Of a stretch of DNA of 64,000 nt, positions 29,001 through 37,656 are shown one piece after another. The translations under genes and the position numbers were made by a program. The DNA is from a virus, in IMG/VR virus record IMGVR_UViG_3300008261_000084, positions 1-64,000 of that record; one strand, given 5' to 3'. Every line of letters starts with the position of its first letter. Positions within the stretch are counted from its first letter, which is position 1. The notes beneath the pieces were generated by a model. The model ran no database searches. It had not been told where the DNA came from and worked only from the letters and a program-made list of their open reading frames with translations.

Positions 29001-31089
29001 CAAAGATTATACTGATTTAGAAAAAGCTCTTGAATATGCAAAAAATGTTGGGGGTGCTGATAAACAAGCAATATTAGATATGAATACCCAACTTGGTAAA
29101 ATGTCTTTTACACTTGCAGATTATGAAAAATTTATTCATGAACCAAAATGGTATTTAAATGCTTACATGAATAGAAAAGGACAACCTTCTGTAGGATTAA
29201 TAAAACCAGGAATACATCCAAAAGACAATTTTGATATTTTTGCAAATCCTCATTTAAATGACTTGGATATTTTAAGAATTGGTAGACATGAACTAGGTCA
29301 TTATATACAAAGAGGTGCAAGAACTAATTTAGATGATGAACTATCTAAAATATCTTTATTAGATGAAAATCCAAATATTAAACATATACCTTTTAGTGAA
29401 TCACAAGGTTCTTCAAAACTTCATCAACTCATTATGAGTGCTGAGGATCCGTTTAAGAAAATGAAAAAATATTGGAAATCTGCTGCTAATGGTAGAGAGA
29501 AAACACCATTTATAGAAGAAGTAAGAGCTGATCTTTTAGAAGAAGGTGTAATAAATAATTTATATGATGAAGTTACTCCTGATATGCTTGAATATCATTA
29601 CATAAATTATTTAAAAAAACAAGGTAATAAATATCCATTAAGAATTTTTGACTTGATGGAAAACAAACCTGAGAATTTTAAAATCATGTCTGATGTTATA
29701 AATAAGATGCCAGCAGTTGCACCTATAGTAGGTGGTGCAGGAGCAGCGGCTATTATGGGTAATGAGCAAGGACAAAAGAAAGAAATGAAGAAAGGTGGTA
29801 TTGTTGCTGATCTTACTGAAAAAGAAATTAGAGAATACACTGCAAGAGGATATATTGTTGAAGAGGATGATGATGAATACCAAGATGGTGGAGAAGCTGA
29901 GGCAATAAGCAACATTAGACGTAGACAAAAAGAAATAGCTGATTTAAGAGCTAATTCAAACATGTCAGAGGAAGTAAATCAAACACCTACTCAAGTACCT
30001 GTTCAAAAAACTATTGTTATTAACAAAGAGCCTATCAAACCACTTGTTAGAATTGCTGTTTCAAATAAACAAATTGAAAAACCAAAATCAACTGTAGTAA
30101 ATAAACCTATTGTAAAAACATTTGAAAAAAGTAAAGTAAAAGCAGAACAGAAATTAAATCAAAAACAAATAATACAACAAGTACAAGCAATCAAAAAAGA
30201 CTTAAAAGCTTCTTATTTACCTAATGCACCAAAAGAATTTTACAATCAGTTTGTAGAAAAACCGGTAACTAAACATGTTCAAACACCTAAAGCATTACAT
30301 AGTGATAATAAAACTTATGCTGATGAATTAAAAAGAATGATGAGAGCAATTGAGGAGGATGATATGATGGCATTAGTATCTGGAACAGAACCTAAACCAA
30401 AACCATTGTTTGAAAATTCTAACATTGAAAAAGAAATATTAGACAGACAGAAGTTTGATAATACTCATTATGGTAGATTTGATACAAGAGGTGATGATGT
30501 AATGAATAGAACAGATGTAAAAAGAAATAGAGACTCTGAGTTATTCTTTGCTAACATGGCTAAGAACAATTCTGTTATAGTTGACATAGGTTCTGCTTTA
30601 GGAAATAACAATCCTTCAATGGCTGGTGTTTCTGTATGGGAGTTAGCAAGTAATCCTCAAATTAAAAAGAAAGGTATTAATGTAATTGCAACAGACTTAC
30701 CGGATCAGATAAAAGATTTTAAGAAACATGTTAAGAATAAAAAAGCATATCCAATAGATTATGCGGAAGTTCCTGAAACATTTAACACTCCTATAGCAGA
30801 TATATTAAAATCTAAAAAGTTAGATGATAAGAAAGATGTATACCTTAGAGCAGCAAACAGTATTGACTTACTAATGAATACAGAGCAAGCAATAGAGCAC
30901 TTAAATCATATTGCAAAAACACTTAAAAATAAAAATGTAACGTACCTTTATAATAATGTAATATTATTTAAACCAGAAGGTAGTAAAACTTTTAAAAAGT
31001 TAGGTAATTTGAATAATGCAGGATTTGACCATAACAATAGAACATGGGTTAAAAACAAAAACAGAATCCCATATACCTTAAATTTTTAA
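26014..31089 (+). CDS. Polyvalent virion cargo protein with kinase-like, zincin and methyltransferase-like cassettes
   Basis: N-domain GQWKYPG..TRIP..ITMDGV..; GAGGFGTVY/VIK/DxxNxxN/YDL (28210-28600); HELGH (29287-29301); VIVDIGSA...ATD...RAANS (30574-30860). Confidence 0.7.
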   Translation: MYNKKVLSTAKAELNKAKAPKKPKDMITDRMGQWKYPGLDTRIPGDGSKDINITMDGVYKPLLAIADTGEKKKLYPGDNHTFRGAKYVDEFPEAKRGGNKKRKTKSLSGTNKLMQKNPLLRDYKNREFDPNVDYFQEGGDINLELTQDEIDQYVKGGYIVEDISVPELNQAQKGKTVEISDPKEFAYRNQKYKDSLDLYNYSNKQVVDKTKRFGSDAIGVQKEYNKKKAAEFLKEQLKTYGDLAHDPKDKYGKLITKLVKKSNISPIGLSINVEDYDYIFKKPAQKVVLKKENTPVQDTIIQKPVVQQEVKPVIQQNIKPVQKTDYPQGYQPYSLYGRVLDPEVYGYGESINGKPLELAQGADMMLKKMQMEKYKKANKYPWVKQEGGNIKTHRSKDGTVTNTITKANGDTVIQVKTKNGKYYEKLIKKSDALDTLSKLQGAVKPEFLALGKAEAETKREEKQAKQKFLKEAWSNYDDWSTSDKVSDRVGAFLNDPFGMTARALTGDQAYIPGMAQGLHNHEDPEVRNRYLKELGYTPGEFDASDVQNMINPGYWASSFVENSRKGNVGTAALEGALMFLPHLPKGTVSKSNIKSGAKLLADDIVNKTPLKNTYKILGKDTKFYNPGEKPHWLKGYTESWNPMEADLEPLADFRLNEAIKNLENKKIFKEHDAVNNKYSQILNNLSEQKKIALKANNTKAVSEINAELDDLFNARLKEHNKIARKHFQSKEHPFEEQIGAGGFGTVYGLPESEFVIKVGQVPKNESILKLVENSKGINKPNIALPKRASATSSGEKVIVMNKVEPVEGNIFTNPPTKESYEQLIKDVEELQGKGIYLDFENPQNIQYNPKTGLFNIYDLNTTGHILHKTVPKNSYNAGEKTIEQLLIDNKKLPSDWGSIASSKSNAANEWETTISNLTRPVGEIPYKPEFNTNAASKLYSLTHERKLLFDTPEGEKRIKDLIENTPELKNSGFTVDDYKRGLDDITNVNLHYHRLYKDYTDLEKALEYAKNVGGADKQAILDMNTQLGKMSFTLADYEKFIHEPKWYLNAYMNRKGQPSVGLIKPGIHPKDNFDIFANPHLNDLDILRIGRHELGHYIQRGARTNLDDELSKISLLDENPNIKHIPFSESQGSSKLHQLIMSAEDPFKKMKKYWKSAANGREKTPFIEEVRADLLEEGVINNLYDEVTPDMLEYHYINYLKKQGNKYPLRIFDLMENKPENFKIMSDVINKMPAVAPIVGGAGAAAIMGNEQGQKKEMKKGGIVADLTEKEIREYTARGYIVEEDDDEYQDGGEAEAISNIRRRQKEIADLRANSNMSEEVNQTPTQVPVQKTIVINKEPIKPLVRIAVSNKQIEKPKSTVVNKPIVKTFEKSKVKAEQKLNQKQIIQQVQAIKKDLKASYLPNAPKEFYNQFVEKPVTKHVQTPKALHSDNKTYADELKRMMRAIEEDDMMALVSGTEPKPKPLFENSNIEKEILDRQKFDNTHYGRFDTRGDDVMNRTDVKRNRDSELFFANMAKNNSVIVDIGSALGNNNPSMAGVSVWELASNPQIKKKGINVIATDLPDQIKDFKKHVKNKKAYPIDYAEVPETFNTPIADILKSKKLDDKKDVYLRAANSIDLLMNTEQAIEHLNHIAKTLKNKNVTYLYNNVILFKPEGSKTFKKLGNLNNAGFDHNNRTWVKNKNRIPYTLNF

Positions 31090-31139
31090 AGTTTAAATGA
31101 TAAATTTATTTTTAGTATATTAAATTATAATCTTTACAC

Positions 31140-32819
31140 ATGGAAAGAAAAAGAGTTAGAATTTACAAAGCTCCTGATGGACAAGGTGAATATAGATCAA
31201 AGCTTAAATCATTTGTTACTGCACAAAAAGGAATATCTGTGGATGATTCTGCTATGCATAGAACTCCTGATGAAGCCTTAAAAGAAAATGCTATCACTAC
31301 TTATGTGAAATATGTTAATACTCAGCTTAAAGATGGTATGTCAATTCAAGGAATCTATAAGGATTTACTTGAAAAAGGTTTAGCTGAAGAAGAAGCGGCA
31401 GGGTTATTAAAGTATTTTGTTCAAAATAATTTAGAAGGTACACCAGAAGCAAGTGAAGAAAAGCAACAACAAGAAGGACAATCTGCTGAACAACCTACAA
31501 TGCAAGAAGGTGGGGCTGCTGAACAAATATTATCTCAGTATGATGCTGAGAAAGGTGCTTCATTAGAAGATGATGAAACAATAGATTTAATGAAACTGTT
31601 AAAAGAACCTGCTGAAAACTATTTATCAGAAATGCAAAATAGTTCTAAGGTTTATTTTCCAGGTATTTCAGATTATATATTTGACTATAAACCTATTGAG
31701 TTTATGGATCCAACACATAGCAATGTTTATCCTGGTTTACAACAAGCAAAAAAAGGAGGAGTTTCTAAAAAGAGCTTTGTTAAAAATGTTTTGGGTCGCT
31801 TTAAGGAAGGTGGTGAAGATGAACCTGCTCAACAAGGAGACAAAATGGATACAATGACTTCTGAAATAAGTAACAGAAAAAATTCTTTTATTGCTAAGTT
31901 AAAGGAAATCAATGAGGAAGAGAAAATAAAAAATCTCTATGATCAAATGATGGAAACTAATGATCCGGGGTTAATGCAAACTGCGCAAACTCTTGCTGGT
32001 GGAAATGGTGGTGTAGGAGAAGACAATGAAGAAAGCTTATCTTATCAACAATCCGGTGGTTACTTAGGAGAAGGACAACCTGAACTATTTATGAATGGTG
32101 GTGTTGATTACCCATATGAGTTAGAACAAGCTCAAGAAGGAAAAGAAAAAAGAAAAACAAAAGTAAAATATGTTGACAATCCAACATTACCATCATCAAA
32201 ATTAAGATTGTTTAATCCAGTTTGGGGTGAAAGAAAAGTTTATAGTAATAGACCATATAACGCATTAACAAGAGAACTTTATAGAGATCCTGTTGATGAT
32301 TTAACTCCTGTTGCAAGAACTGTACATAAGAGAGGTATATTTGGTAGACCTAAAAAGTGGACTGATTACTATTCTAAAGATGGTAAATTAATGGTTCCTC
32401 CAGGTGCAACAGACATCACTACTAAAAAAGATGAGAAAAAATTAATAAATGATCAGTCAGAAGAATTATGGGATGACTTATCAGGTAAAGCTAAAAGAGC
32501 AATAAGAAGAGGTGAGAGAAGATTAAATAGAAGAAAAGGTTATGAAGATGAAAAAGAACTAACAATTCAAGAGTTAATTGCTTTACAAGAAGAACAAAGA
32601 AAAAAAGAAAATGATAAATCATACAAAGAAAGAAAAGATGCTATAGAAGCAGATGATAAAAGAAAAAAAGACTTTGGTAGAATTGATGATCCTGAGCGTA
32701 AAAAAGCAGACTGGGAAACTATTAATGATAGAATTAATGGTAAACTAGAAGAGTATGTATTCTCAACAATTAGCAAACCAAATGGGTTATGGAGTAAATT
32801 ATCAAAACATATTAGATAG
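31140..32819 (+). CDS. Acidic low-complexity virion cargo protein, 5' part
   Basis: 559 aa with multiple xxxGG motifs; overlaps the next ORF by 65 nt in a different frame. Confidence 0.7.
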   Translation: MERKRVRIYKAPDGQGEYRSKLKSFVTAQKGISVDDSAMHRTPDEALKENAITTYVKYVNTQLKDGMSIQGIYKDLLEKGLAEEEAAGLLKYFVQNNLEGTPEASEEKQQQEGQSAEQPTMQEGGAAEQILSQYDAEKGASLEDDETIDLMKLLKEPAENYLSEMQNSSKVYFPGISDYIFDYKPIEFMDPTHSNVYPGLQQAKKGGVSKKSFVKNVLGRFKEGGEDEPAQQGDKMDTMTSEISNRKNSFIAKLKEINEEEKIKNLYDQMMETNDPGLMQTAQTLAGGNGGVGEDNEESLSYQQSGGYLGEGQPELFMNGGVDYPYELEQAQEGKEKRKTKVKYVDNPTLPSSKLRLFNPVWGERKVYSNRPYNALTRELYRDPVDDLTPVARTVHKRGIFGRPKKWTDYYSKDGKLMVPPGATDITTKKDEKKLINDQSEELWDDLSGKAKRAIRRGERRLNRRKGYEDEKELTIQELIALQEEQRKKENDKSYKERKDAIEADDKRKKDFGRIDDPERKKADWETINDRINGKLEEYVFSTISKPNGLWSKLSKHIR

Positions 32820-34248
32820 ACCTACTAATCCAAACAATCCAAATGAGCAAAGAGCTAATTTAGAAGAAGATATTCTTAATAGAGAAATTAATGCTGCTGA
32901 AAATGCTGGTTATGATTTATACGGTGATCTTAATACTTACATTCCTGCTGATGAGAGAAACACAGTTTCTCCTGGCACATATCAATTTACTCCTGGTAAA
33001 TCTAAAACACGCGCTGCTGAAGAAGCAAGAATTGCAGCTGAGATGGAAAGAGAGCGTGAAGCAGAAGAGTGGGAAAGAGATATGCAAAGAAACACAAGAA
33101 AACAATTAGGTGGTTTGCCAAAAGCTCAAATAGGTGTTAAGTCACCTACTAATGGTGTAAACCCTGCTTCAGATCCTACAGCTAATAAACAAAATTGGTC
33201 TGGTGTTTTGAATATGAATAATCAACCTAAGAAGGAAGAATTCCAATTCCCAATGAAAATGGAAGCACCTGCTGAAGAAAAATCTGCATTACCCGATTGG
33301 TTAAATAAAGATACTTGGATGAATTCATTGACAGAAGATAAAGATGAAACTACTGAAGAGAATCCTGATTTAATTGCACAAGATTTTGAATCTAAAAGAG
33401 ACTTTAATGGAGAAGCTTTTAATCAAAAGCTGAATGCAGGTATTGATGCTTTTACAGGTCTTGCTAAAAGAATGGATACCAATAGACAAATGGCTGATTA
33501 CTATGCTAATAATAGTGGTGTAGATTCTTTCATGAATCCACAAGAAGCAAAATTAAAAGGTAAGTTTGTTGCATATGGTCAAGAAAGTGGATTGATAGAC
33601 CCAACAAAAATGGGTAATGAGAAAAACAGCATATTTGCTGGAACTAATAGTGCTCGTTCTGGTGGTTACATGCAAGATGGTGGACAATCTAGAGAGGAAA
33701 TTTTAAAGCAATTTACAGGTACACCTGAGTTTAAAAGAGGTCTTGACTTAATGATGCAAAGAGATAACACTGATAATGGTGATCCATTCTATGATGCAAT
33801 GAGAGAGGCTAATTATACTGAAGAAGATCAGAATAAATACCGTGAAGCTATTGGTGAAATGAATAATCCTGAGTGGTTAGAAAGAGTACCTCAAAAAAGT
33901 CCTTATATTAAATCTGGTAGACAGAGAGAGTTACAAGACTTAATGAATAAAGCTTATGGTTCAGAAAGATATAATACTCCATATGCAGTTGGAAGTGGTG
34001 GGCCAAGAAGAGAAGATGAGCGATACATTCCAACACCTGAAAGAAGACCTACACCATTTGAAGATGGTAGAGTTGATCCTAGAACATTAGAAGCAATTCA
34101 ACCTGGTGCAAATGAATATGAAGGTATGCAAATAGGTGGCTATATGGAAGAAGAAGGATATGCTGAAGGAGGTGTATTTGATATGGATGAAGATGAATTA
34201 AGAGAATTCCTTGCTAACGGGGGAGAAGTTGAATATTTAGAATCTTAA
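32755..34248 (+). CDS. Acidic virion cargo protein, probably the 3' part of the preceding gene
   Basis: 497 aa in the +1 frame with the same composition and motifs; the frame opens only at 32749 and has no A-rich leader. Confidence 0.6.
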   Translation: MYSQQLANQMGYGVNYQNILDRPTNPNNPNEQRANLEEDILNREINAAENAGYDLYGDLNTYIPADERNTVSPGTYQFTPGKSKTRAAEEARIAAEMEREREAEEWERDMQRNTRKQLGGLPKAQIGVKSPTNGVNPASDPTANKQNWSGVLNMNNQPKKEEFQFPMKMEAPAEEKSALPDWLNKDTWMNSLTEDKDETTEENPDLIAQDFESKRDFNGEAFNQKLNAGIDAFTGLAKRMDTNRQMADYYANNSGVDSFMNPQEAKLKGKFVAYGQESGLIDPTKMGNEKNSIFAGTNSARSGGYMQDGGQSREEILKQFTGTPEFKRGLDLMMQRDNTDNGDPFYDAMREANYTEEDQNKYREAIGEMNNPEWLERVPQKSPYIKSGRQRELQDLMNKAYGSERYNTPYAVGSGGPRREDERYIPTPERRPTPFEDGRVDPRTLEAIQPGANEYEGMQIGGYMEEEGYAEGGVFDMDEDELREFLANGGEVEYLES

Positions 34249-34252
34249 TAAG

Positions 34253-37200
34253 ATGAAAGTAAGAATTAAAAAACTACCGCAAGCTAGAACAGGATACCAA
34301 GTACAAGGTTCTTTAGCTAATGATGTACCAGCTATGGGTGGTGCAGACTATAATACTTATATAGGAAAGCCTGAGTTGAGAACAAGCAAGTATCTTACTG
34401 CTGTTCCTAGAGAAGAAGCTAATCTAGAAGCTGAAGGAGGTGAAACAGCATACGGTGACCTTAATGGTGACGGAATGGCTGAACACAAAATCATCAAAGG
34501 GCCTAGACACTCTAATGGTGGTGTTCCATTAAAATTGCCTGATGACACTTTTATTTACAGTGACTTCAGAGGTATGAGTATTAATGAACCTGAATTCTTA
34601 CAAATGTTTGGTAAAGTAGGAGGTTCTTTAAAAAGTAAGAAGAAAAGTTATACTCCAGCTGAATTAGCTAAACAATATGACATTGAGAAGTATAGAAAAA
34701 TTCTTCAAGATCCGGACTCAGATTATATTGATAAAAAAACTGCAGAGTTGATGATTAAAAATTATCAAACTAAACTTGGTTTATTAGCAATTGTACAAGA
34801 AAGTAAAAAAGGATTACCACAAGGTGAAGCAGAAGCATTTAAACCTGGTATGGCTGCATTAGGTATGAATACAGATTCATTAACTGATCCTGGTATTGCA
34901 GCTTTTGAAAAACAAATACAATCAAAAATTGAAGGTTTAAAACAACAAGAACAGCAACCTAATGAGCAAGAAGGTGCACAAGAAGCTGGTAGTGAAGATG
35001 GTTATGCTGAAGCACAAGAAATGAATCAAGGACAACCTGTTGCACAACCACAAGAGATGGAACAACCAATGGCTCAATATGGTATGTCCATGGGTGGATA
35101 TGATCTACCTTTTGCACAAGATGGTATAGAATTAGGTCCTATTTATACTCCAAAGTCTAATGATAAAAATTATGACAGAAATCAACCTGGTATGCAAGAA
35201 TACCTTAAAACTATTCAAAGATATAATGAGATAAATGGTAAACCTGAATTTATTCCTGTTGGAGAAGGACCATTAAATGAAAACCAGATGAGGAACTATG
35301 AGGATTTAATAGAAGAAATAAATAGTAAAGATCATGGAACTTCATATGATCCAGAAACTGGAGAACCTCTACCAAATGAAGAACATACACCAGAAGAATA
35401 CTTAAAAATGTATAAACAAAATGTGGAAGATTGTCCTTGTATGAAAAAAGTAATTGTACAAGGGATGCCTCAAAATAAATGTGTACCATGTGAGCAAATG
35501 GCAATGGCTCAGTATGGAATGTCTATGGGAGGTTATGATTTACCATATGGTGATGATATTCCTGAAGCTGAATATGGTATGGCTATGGGTGTTAACTCTA
35601 GAAACTATATGGGTAGACCTAAGTCTCCTATGTATGCTAGAGGAGGTGCTTTAAGAACATATCAAGGGGATAAAGGTTCTAGTGAGGTTAAACCTGGTGG
35701 AGGTGCAGCAACAGACTTAGATGTTTCTGGAAAATCTGATGCTGAGATTAGAAGAATGGAATGGGATGCAAAACAAAAAGATCCTAATGCTAATTTTAGA
35801 TTAGTAAGAAAAAATGCTAAAGGAAAAACGGTTGCATTAAAACATACAGATGTAACTGATAACTATCAAGAAAGAGGTAAGAAGTATGGTGAGGCTGACT
35901 TTAAAGATAAAAAATACAAAGACACTCCCGCAAATAGAATTGCTTTAGCACAAATTGAGATGTTTGAACAACAATTAAATGATCCAAAATTTGGTGCAGA
36001 ATATGTTAAAGAAACTCAAGAAGCTTTGAAAGATCCAAGAGTTTTTAAAACTAGAAATGGACAGTTACCAATTTATAAAAATGCATATGGTAAAGAACCT
36101 ACTCCTGAAGAAATTAAAACTGCTGCTGTAAATATGTTTAGAAGAAACACTATGTTACAAGCACAAGGTTTTAATGCAAGATTGTTAAAAGATAGTGGTG
36201 TAGGATTAGATGATCCAGCAACAATTGTTAAAGATGGTGTAATTAATCCTACTAATGGTAAACCATATACTTTAGATGAAGCTAAAGCTGCGGTGGCTGA
36301 TTATAAGGCTAAAAAATGGACTAGTGTAGCTAAAGTTGTTGATGAATTTGGTTTACCTCCAATTGGTGGTAAAGCAGATATTGCATTAGAACAAACTACA
36401 ACTCACGGTTATGCTAGATTAAATGATAAGCTTAATAGTGGTGGTTATGATGCTGATCCTGATATGAAGTACCTTATGACAACTACTTTAGGAGAAAACA
36501 GAAAAGGTGAATTAAACTCAGGTAGAGGTGATGAAAAATCAATGCAAGGTTTATATAAAAACAGTTCTGTTCAAATTTCTCCTTCTGACGGTTATTATGG
36601 TAATACTTCAGCTGAACAAAAAAATGCAGCTGATCCAGGAAGTGTTTCATATATAGAAGAACCAGAAGCAGAAGAGAAAAAAACAACTGATGTTAACACT
36701 GATACAGATCCAGAATGTGAATGCGAAACTGCAGATGGTGGTAAAATAACTACTGAAAAAGATGCTAATGGAGAATGTTTACCATGTCCGGAAGAAGAAG
36801 TATTACAAGATGTTCCTAAAGAACCAGCTAAGTTCTGGACACAGGATAACATTAAAACTGCAGGAGCTTTTACTGATTTAATGAGCATAAACAAATATGG
36901 GCCACTATCAACTACAGCAGATCTTGATAAAAATGAACTTGAGTATGTAGATCCTACAAGAGCTTTATCAGCTAATGCTGAACAAGCAAATATTGCAGGA
37001 AAAGCATTAAGTCAAATAGGTGCACCACAAGCAGCTTCTGCTAATATATTAGCATCTCAAGGTAAATCAGCGGCAAATGCTGCAAATATTATAAGTGATT
37101 ATGATATGAAAAATCAAGCTTTTGGTTCACAATATGCTACTAACTATGCTAATATTGAAAACCAAGAAAGAAGTTATAATATTGGAGCTAGACAAAAAAT

Positions 37201-37597
37201 GTATGATTCAACTATGATGGCTAATCAAGCATATGATAACTCTAAAAGAGCTGCTAGAAACAACCTTATGAATGCATATACAAATGCTTTAACTAATAGA
37301 GCTAAGACAGATGCAATGAATCAAATTTATCCAGACTATCAAATACATCCTGATAGAGCTGGTGAGATGACTTACAAAGGTGCTGGTAGACAAATGTCTC
37401 CTGGTAAAGCAAATGAACCATATTGGGAAGCACGTCAAAGGTGTGTAGATAACAATGCACCTGATCCTGATAAATGTGCTGAAAATGCAACACGTCAATC
37501 ACCTACTCCTCAAAATAAAGGAGAAATTGTAAATCAGCTTTATACAAAAGCGGGTGGGTTTGTATACAGTGATATAGTTTATCCTTTTGTCTTATAA
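34253..37597 (+). CDS. Virion cargo protein with conserved EAEGGE...GPRHSNGGV domain
   Basis: 1114 aa; ANLEAEGGET...KGPRHSNGGVPL pattern of crAss-like internal proteins; Ala/Asn/Gln-rich helical C-terminus. Confidence 0.7.
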   Translation: MKVRIKKLPQARTGYQVQGSLANDVPAMGGADYNTYIGKPELRTSKYLTAVPREEANLEAEGGETAYGDLNGDGMAEHKIIKGPRHSNGGVPLKLPDDTFIYSDFRGMSINEPEFLQMFGKVGGSLKSKKKSYTPAELAKQYDIEKYRKILQDPDSDYIDKKTAELMIKNYQTKLGLLAIVQESKKGLPQGEAEAFKPGMAALGMNTDSLTDPGIAAFEKQIQSKIEGLKQQEQQPNEQEGAQEAGSEDGYAEAQEMNQGQPVAQPQEMEQPMAQYGMSMGGYDLPFAQDGIELGPIYTPKSNDKNYDRNQPGMQEYLKTIQRYNEINGKPEFIPVGEGPLNENQMRNYEDLIEEINSKDHGTSYDPETGEPLPNEEHTPEEYLKMYKQNVEDCPCMKKVIVQGMPQNKCVPCEQMAMAQYGMSMGGYDLPYGDDIPEAEYGMAMGVNSRNYMGRPKSPMYARGGALRTYQGDKGSSEVKPGGGAATDLDVSGKSDAEIRRMEWDAKQKDPNANFRLVRKNAKGKTVALKHTDVTDNYQERGKKYGEADFKDKKYKDTPANRIALAQIEMFEQQLNDPKFGAEYVKETQEALKDPRVFKTRNGQLPIYKNAYGKEPTPEEIKTAAVNMFRRNTMLQAQGFNARLLKDSGVGLDDPATIVKDGVINPTNGKPYTLDEAKAAVADYKAKKWTSVAKVVDEFGLPPIGGKADIALEQTTTHGYARLNDKLNSGGYDADPDMKYLMTTTLGENRKGELNSGRGDEKSMQGLYKNSSVQISPSDGYYGNTSAEQKNAADPGSVSYIEEPEAEEKKTTDVNTDTDPECECETADGGKITTEKDANGECLPCPEEEVLQDVPKEPAKFWTQDNIKTAGAFTDLMSINKYGPLSTTADLDKNELEYVDPTRALSANAEQANIAGKALSQIGAPQAASANILASQGKSAANAANIISDYDMKNQAFGSQYATNYANIENQERSYNIGARQKMYDSTMMANQAYDNSKRAARNNLMNAYTNALTNRAKTDAMNQIYPDYQIHPDRAGEMTYKGAGRQMSPGKANEPYWEARQRCVDNNAPDPDKCAENATRQSPTPQNKGEIVNQLYTKAGGFVYSDIVYPFVL
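35069..35545 (+). repeat. Direct repeat encoding MAQYGMSMGGYDLP (two copies)
   Basis: Copies start at 35069 and 35504; identical 14-aa peptide with synonymous DNA differences. Confidence 0.85.
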
Positions 37598-37656
37598 ACT
37601 TCTCATGTTTAATAAACTTATAAAATTTTAATAGTTTTACAATAAAGAAAAATACT

